Source of the DNA: Myxococcota bacterium
Lineage (GTDB): Bacteria; Myxococcota_A; UBA796; SXON01
Length of the DNA stretch: 64,000 nt
Direction: 5' to 3'
NCBI GenBank assembly: GCA_040386535.1
Contig: JAZKFH010000002.1
Span: 64,001 to 128,000, forward strand
Part shown: positions 60,971-64,000 of the stretch, piece after piece
Position numbering within the stretch: the first letter of the stretch is position 1
Layout: each line of letters begins with the position of its first letter
The notes under the pieces: model-generated
The model's input: the letters and a program-made list of their open reading frames with translations, nothing else
Database searches by the model: none
Told to the model about the DNA's origin: nothing
Position numbers and translations under genes: made by a program

Positions 60971-61924
60971 TCACCCCCAGACCCGCGCGACCATCCCCGC
61001 GTGCAGGCGCCGCACCGCCGCGGCGTCGGGCAACCCGAGCACCGGCGGGTAGGCGATCGTCGCCAGCGAGCGAACAGCTGCGCGTCGCGCCGCGACCACC
61101 CGCCTCCGCTCCGTCGGAGCCAAACGAGGCAACACCCATACGTGCACCGCGTGCGCCAGCTCGGCGTGCCGCGCCTCGTCCACCGCGATCGCCGCCATGG
61201 CCTCGGCGACGCGCGGATCCTGGGCCTCCCGGGCCTGGTGGAGCGCGACCACGGCCGCCCACGTCTCGTTGACACACCCCTCGACCGCGTTCTCCAGCGC
61301 GATCGCCGCCAGGGCCCGGTTCGGGACCGCGCGGACACGGGCCCGCGGCGGGGTCACCCCGTGCGCCCGCGCCAGCCCGCCCATGACGCGCGCGTGGCGC
61401 ACCTCGTCGCGCGCGGCCGACCGCGCGGCGTCCACGAGGGCCGCGGGCGCGCCGTGCTCCACGAGCTCGCGGGCAAGGCGCGCGAACGCCGGCACCGACG
61501 CCGCCTCCGCGTGGGCCGCGCGCGCCAACCAACGCGCCGCGCCGCTTCCCGGGAGCCGCGCCCGCGCGAGGCCCGCGGGCCGCCGCCCCTCGCAGACCGT
61601 GTCGTAGCCGCACGTGAGCACGAGCCCGCCGTCGTCGGTGGGGGCCTGCCCGTCACACGACACGGCATCGCCGTAGAAGGTCATCGCCTCTTCGCAACGG
61701 GCGCGGCACTCCTCCTCGGACACCACGTTGTCCTCCCCCGCGAGGATCACGAGCTCCTCGGCGGAGTACGTCAGCTCCTCGGTGCGGTGCTCCTGCACGA
61801 AGCCGCAGCAGGAGTGGTTGCAGCCGGTGTCGTCGACGATGACCGGATCGGTGTCGCCCGTGTCCTTGTCGTCCGTGGAGGGGCAGCCGGCGAGGATGGC
61901 GAGCAGCAGGGGGGTGAGGCGCAT
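60971..61924 (-). CDS. Lipoprotein with a Cys-rich N-terminal region and a ferritin-like di-iron domain
   Basis: Lipobox LAGC, several Cys, CEGRRPAGL linker, AEAAS...DEVRH...ENAVEG...DEARH. Confidence 0.82.
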   Translation of the reverse strand: MRLTPLLLAILAGCPSTDDKDTGDTDPVIVDDTGCNHSCCGFVQEHRTEELTYSAEELVILAGEDNVVSEEECRARCEEAMTFYGDAVSCDGQAPTDDGGLVLTCGYDTVCEGRRPAGLARARLPGSGAARWLARAAHAEAASVPAFARLARELVEHGAPAALVDAARSAARDEVRHARVMGGLARAHGVTPPRARVRAVPNRALAAIALENAVEGCVNETWAAVVALHQAREAQDPRVAEAMAAIAVDEARHAELAHAVHVWVLPRLAPTERRRVVAARRAAVRSLATIAYPPVLGLPDAAAVRRLHAGMVARVWG

Positions 61925-61958
61925 GTACGGACGATAGCCGGGTTTGTGGGAGGTGGAC

Positions 61959-62906
61959 TTACACCACCCCTGCGTAGACCGCCGTCGTCCCCGCGACCAT
62001 CCGCGCCACCGAGAACCCCTCCGCCCGCACGATCCCCTCCCCCAGCGGCCGCGTGAGCGACGCGCGCATGCCTGCCGCGAGCGCGACGGAGTCGCCCGGC
62101 GGGACGAGCATGCCCGCGTTCCCGACGATCTCCGGCAGGCCCCCGGCGCTAGTGGCCACCACGCGGCACCCAGCGCCCATCGCTTCGAGGACCACCTGCC
62201 CGAGGCCCTCCTCGACCGAGGGGTGCACGAAAACGTCGAGCGCCGCGAAGAAGGCGCCCAGCGTTGGGAGCGTCCCCAGGAAGTGCACGCGGCCACGGAG
62301 CCCGAGCGTCGTGACGCGGGCCTCCAGGATCGCGCGGAGGGGCCCGTCTCCCGCGACCAGCAGCGTGCCGGGCGTGTGCACCATCGCGTCCACGAGGTGG
62401 ACGTGGCCCTTGTGCGGCACGAGCGCGCCGGCGGCGCCCCAGAACGGCCGCTCGGCCTCGATCGCGAGCGGTGCTTCCCGCGGAGGGGCGACGACGCCGT
62501 CGTGAACCACCAACACACGCTCCACGCCGGCCGCGCGCAGGATCCGCGCCACCGCCTCGCTGACGGCGACGGTCGCCGCGACGGGCCGGTACTTCCACGG
62601 GTGGCGCGGCGCGAAGTCGACGCGGCGGTGCACCACGAGCGGGCGCCCCGCGAACAGCGCGATGCCGTGCGCGTGGGGCGTGTGCGCGGCCACGAGATCG
62701 TAGGGGCCCGCGGCGCGGCGCAGGCGCAGCACGTTGCGGGGATCCCCACCCGGGTGGAGCGCGACGGCCGGCGGCCCCACGAGCGCGGCGAGCGGCCCGT
62801 CGGGGACACCGGCCCAGGCGTCGTCGGGGCGCCCGGCCAACAGGTACACGAGCTGACGCTGGCCGCCGCGGAGCTCCAGCGCGGTGTCGACGTGGAGGGC
62901 TCTCAC
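61959..62906 (-). CDS. Glycosyltransferase family 4
   Basis: RGGQRQL, HKGH and EGLGQVVLEAM (E-x7-E); HRRVDF resembles LPS-related GT4 enzymes. Confidence 0.92.
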   Translation of the reverse strand: MRALHVDTALELRGGQRQLVYLLAGRPDDAWAGVPDGPLAALVGPPAVALHPGGDPRNVLRLRRAAGPYDLVAAHTPHAHGIALFAGRPLVVHRRVDFAPRHPWKYRPVAATVAVSEAVARILRAAGVERVLVVHDGVVAPPREAPLAIEAERPFWGAAGALVPHKGHVHLVDAMVHTPGTLLVAGDGPLRAILEARVTTLGLRGRVHFLGTLPTLGAFFAALDVFVHPSVEEGLGQVVLEAMGAGCRVVATSAGGLPEIVGNAGMLVPPGDSVALAAGMRASLTRPLGEGIVRAEGFSVARMVAGTTAVYAGVV

Positions 62907-63598
62907 GGGAGGGTGCGCTTCACCAGGGTCGCCTTCACCGGCCCCGCACGCGAGCGCACCAGCGCGGCGAGCGGCACCCGCGCGGCGTCGTCGGTGATCC
63001 ACACCGTCATCTTCGGCTCGACGTCGTCGTTGCCGTGGTCGGTCAACACCTCCACGCGATAGGTGGGCTGCCCATCGTAGAGCTCCACGGCGGCGGTCCA
63101 CACGACCATCGGGATGGACTTGCGGCCCGTCCACACCTGGTAGTGCACGCGCTCCCCGACCGGCCCCGCCTCCTCACGCAGGCGGTAGAACGCCGACACG
63201 GGGTCCTCCGCGGCGGGTGCGGGGGCGTAGCGGTCCTCCCAGCTGCGCGGGCCCTCGTCGAAGCGCTGCGTGTGCGCCACCACCACGGCATCCGCGGTGA
63301 ACCGGTTGTCCGAGTCCTTCTCGAAGCGCCCCTCGCGGAACCGCGTCACGTAGCGGGAGGAGCCGACGCCGGGCGTCCACTCCGACCGGAGCAGGTCGTC
63401 GATGGGGTACATCGACGCGAGCCAGCCCGCGCTCTTCGCCCCCGCCTCGAACACCCACCCCGCGCGGCTCCCCGCCGTGGTCGACCACGCCGAGCCCGCG
63501 CTGATGCCCATCCACGAGATCGCCCAATCGAGGCGCTCACCGGCGGAGAGCGGGGCCTCGGCGGCGAGGGTGGTGGCGACCAGCCAGAGGGCGAGCAT
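62903..63598 (-). CDS. DUF3108-like exported protein
   Basis: Signal peptide; GERL...ISWMGISAG, DPVSAFY.LR and VWITDDAARVP. Confidence 0.8.
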   Translation of the reverse strand: MLALWLVATTLAAEAPLSAGERLDWAISWMGISAGSAWSTTAGSRAGWVFEAGAKSAGWLASMYPIDDLLRSEWTPGVGSSRYVTRFREGRFEKDSDNRFTADAVVVAHTQRFDEGPRSWEDRYAPAPAAEDPVSAFYRLREEAGPVGERVHYQVWTGRKSIPMVVWTAAVELYDGQPTYRVEVLTDHGNDDVEPKMTVWITDDAARVPLAALVRSRAGPVKATLVKRTLP

Positions 63599-63637
63599 CC
63601 CCTCCACCGTAGCGCGGGCGCGCCGCCGGAGGCGCTC

Positions 63638-64000
63638 CTAAAAGTTGACCCGACGCTCGGTGGAGGGCTCGTCCATGCGCGGCGCCATGCGCGGGCCGGT
63701 CGGCTCGACGGGGGCAGGCGCGGCAGAGCGCTGGGGGGCGGTGTCGGTCACGCCGGAGGCGCCCGTGCCGGAGGAGGGCGAGGACGACGAGCGGCTCGCG
63801 GCCGGCGGCTCGGACGGGGCGAAGCCGATGGGCTCCGTCGGGTCGCTGGGGAACAAGGGCTCGTCGTAGAACGGCTCCTCGTCCGCCTCGGCGCGGGGAT
63901 CCTCGGCGGGGAGCTCGACCGCGCCGGCGCCCTGCCCAAAGCTCAGGGCCCGGGTCTCCGTGCGCGCCTCGGCACGGGGGCTCGGGGGCGCGGCCACGGG
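63638..64000 (-). CDS. C-terminal Pro/Ser-rich fragment of a gene extending beyond the window
   Basis: Frame runs to the window edge and ends TERRVNF*; low complexity. Confidence 0.55.
   Translation of the reverse strand, partial: PVAAPPSPRAEARTETRALSFGQGAGAVELPAEDPRAEADEEPFYDEPLFPSDPTEPIGFAPSEPPAASRSSSSPSSGTGASGVTDTAPQRSAAPAPVEPTGPRMAPRMDEPSTERRVNF

Noticed and set aside
1..64000. tRNA/rRNA genes, IS elements, prophage or known defence systems
   Set aside because: No cloverleaf or rRNA-like tracts, transposase, integrase, phage structural or recognisable defence genes were seen by eye, and intergenic gaps are short.

Overview
Very GC-rich (about 70-75% by eye), gene-dense bacterial chromosomal segment. 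Gene content and order (ftsH-folP-cdaA-cdaR-glmM-pdxJ, many lipoproteins, HEAT proteins, a ferritin-like lipoprotein) suggest a Myxococcota/deltaproteobacterial organism; this is an inference. About 59 CDS are supportable. I saw no rRNA, tRNA, CRISPR array, transposase or integrase. The left third (1-23.5 kb) is accessory: a truncated giant protein built from ~220-aa repeats, an alkaline-phosphatase-family enzyme, a PHP hydrolase coupled to a putative outer-membrane barrel, an animal-type protein-arginine deiminase (PAD) lipoprotein coupled to an exported HEAT protein, a CsbD/PRC-barrel stress cluster and a TetR-SDR unit. The rest is mostly minus-strand housekeeping genes (rpsA, cmk, aroA, accA, bfr/bfd, miaA, mutL, der, era, rnc, mnmA, iscS-like, tsaE, nnr, pdxJ, glmM, cdaAR, folP, ftsH) interrupted by inserted cassettes. 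The best candidates for undescribed biology are (1) a HEAT-repeat-PilT fusion coupled to a second PilT, lying between rnc and era with no pilus genes nearby, and (2) the lipoprotein PAD plus HEAT partner. Also notable are the periodic giant protein, an apparent ATC start codon for miaA, and a recurrent leaderless-type -10 motif. All calls come from motif recognition by eye; no database searches were run.
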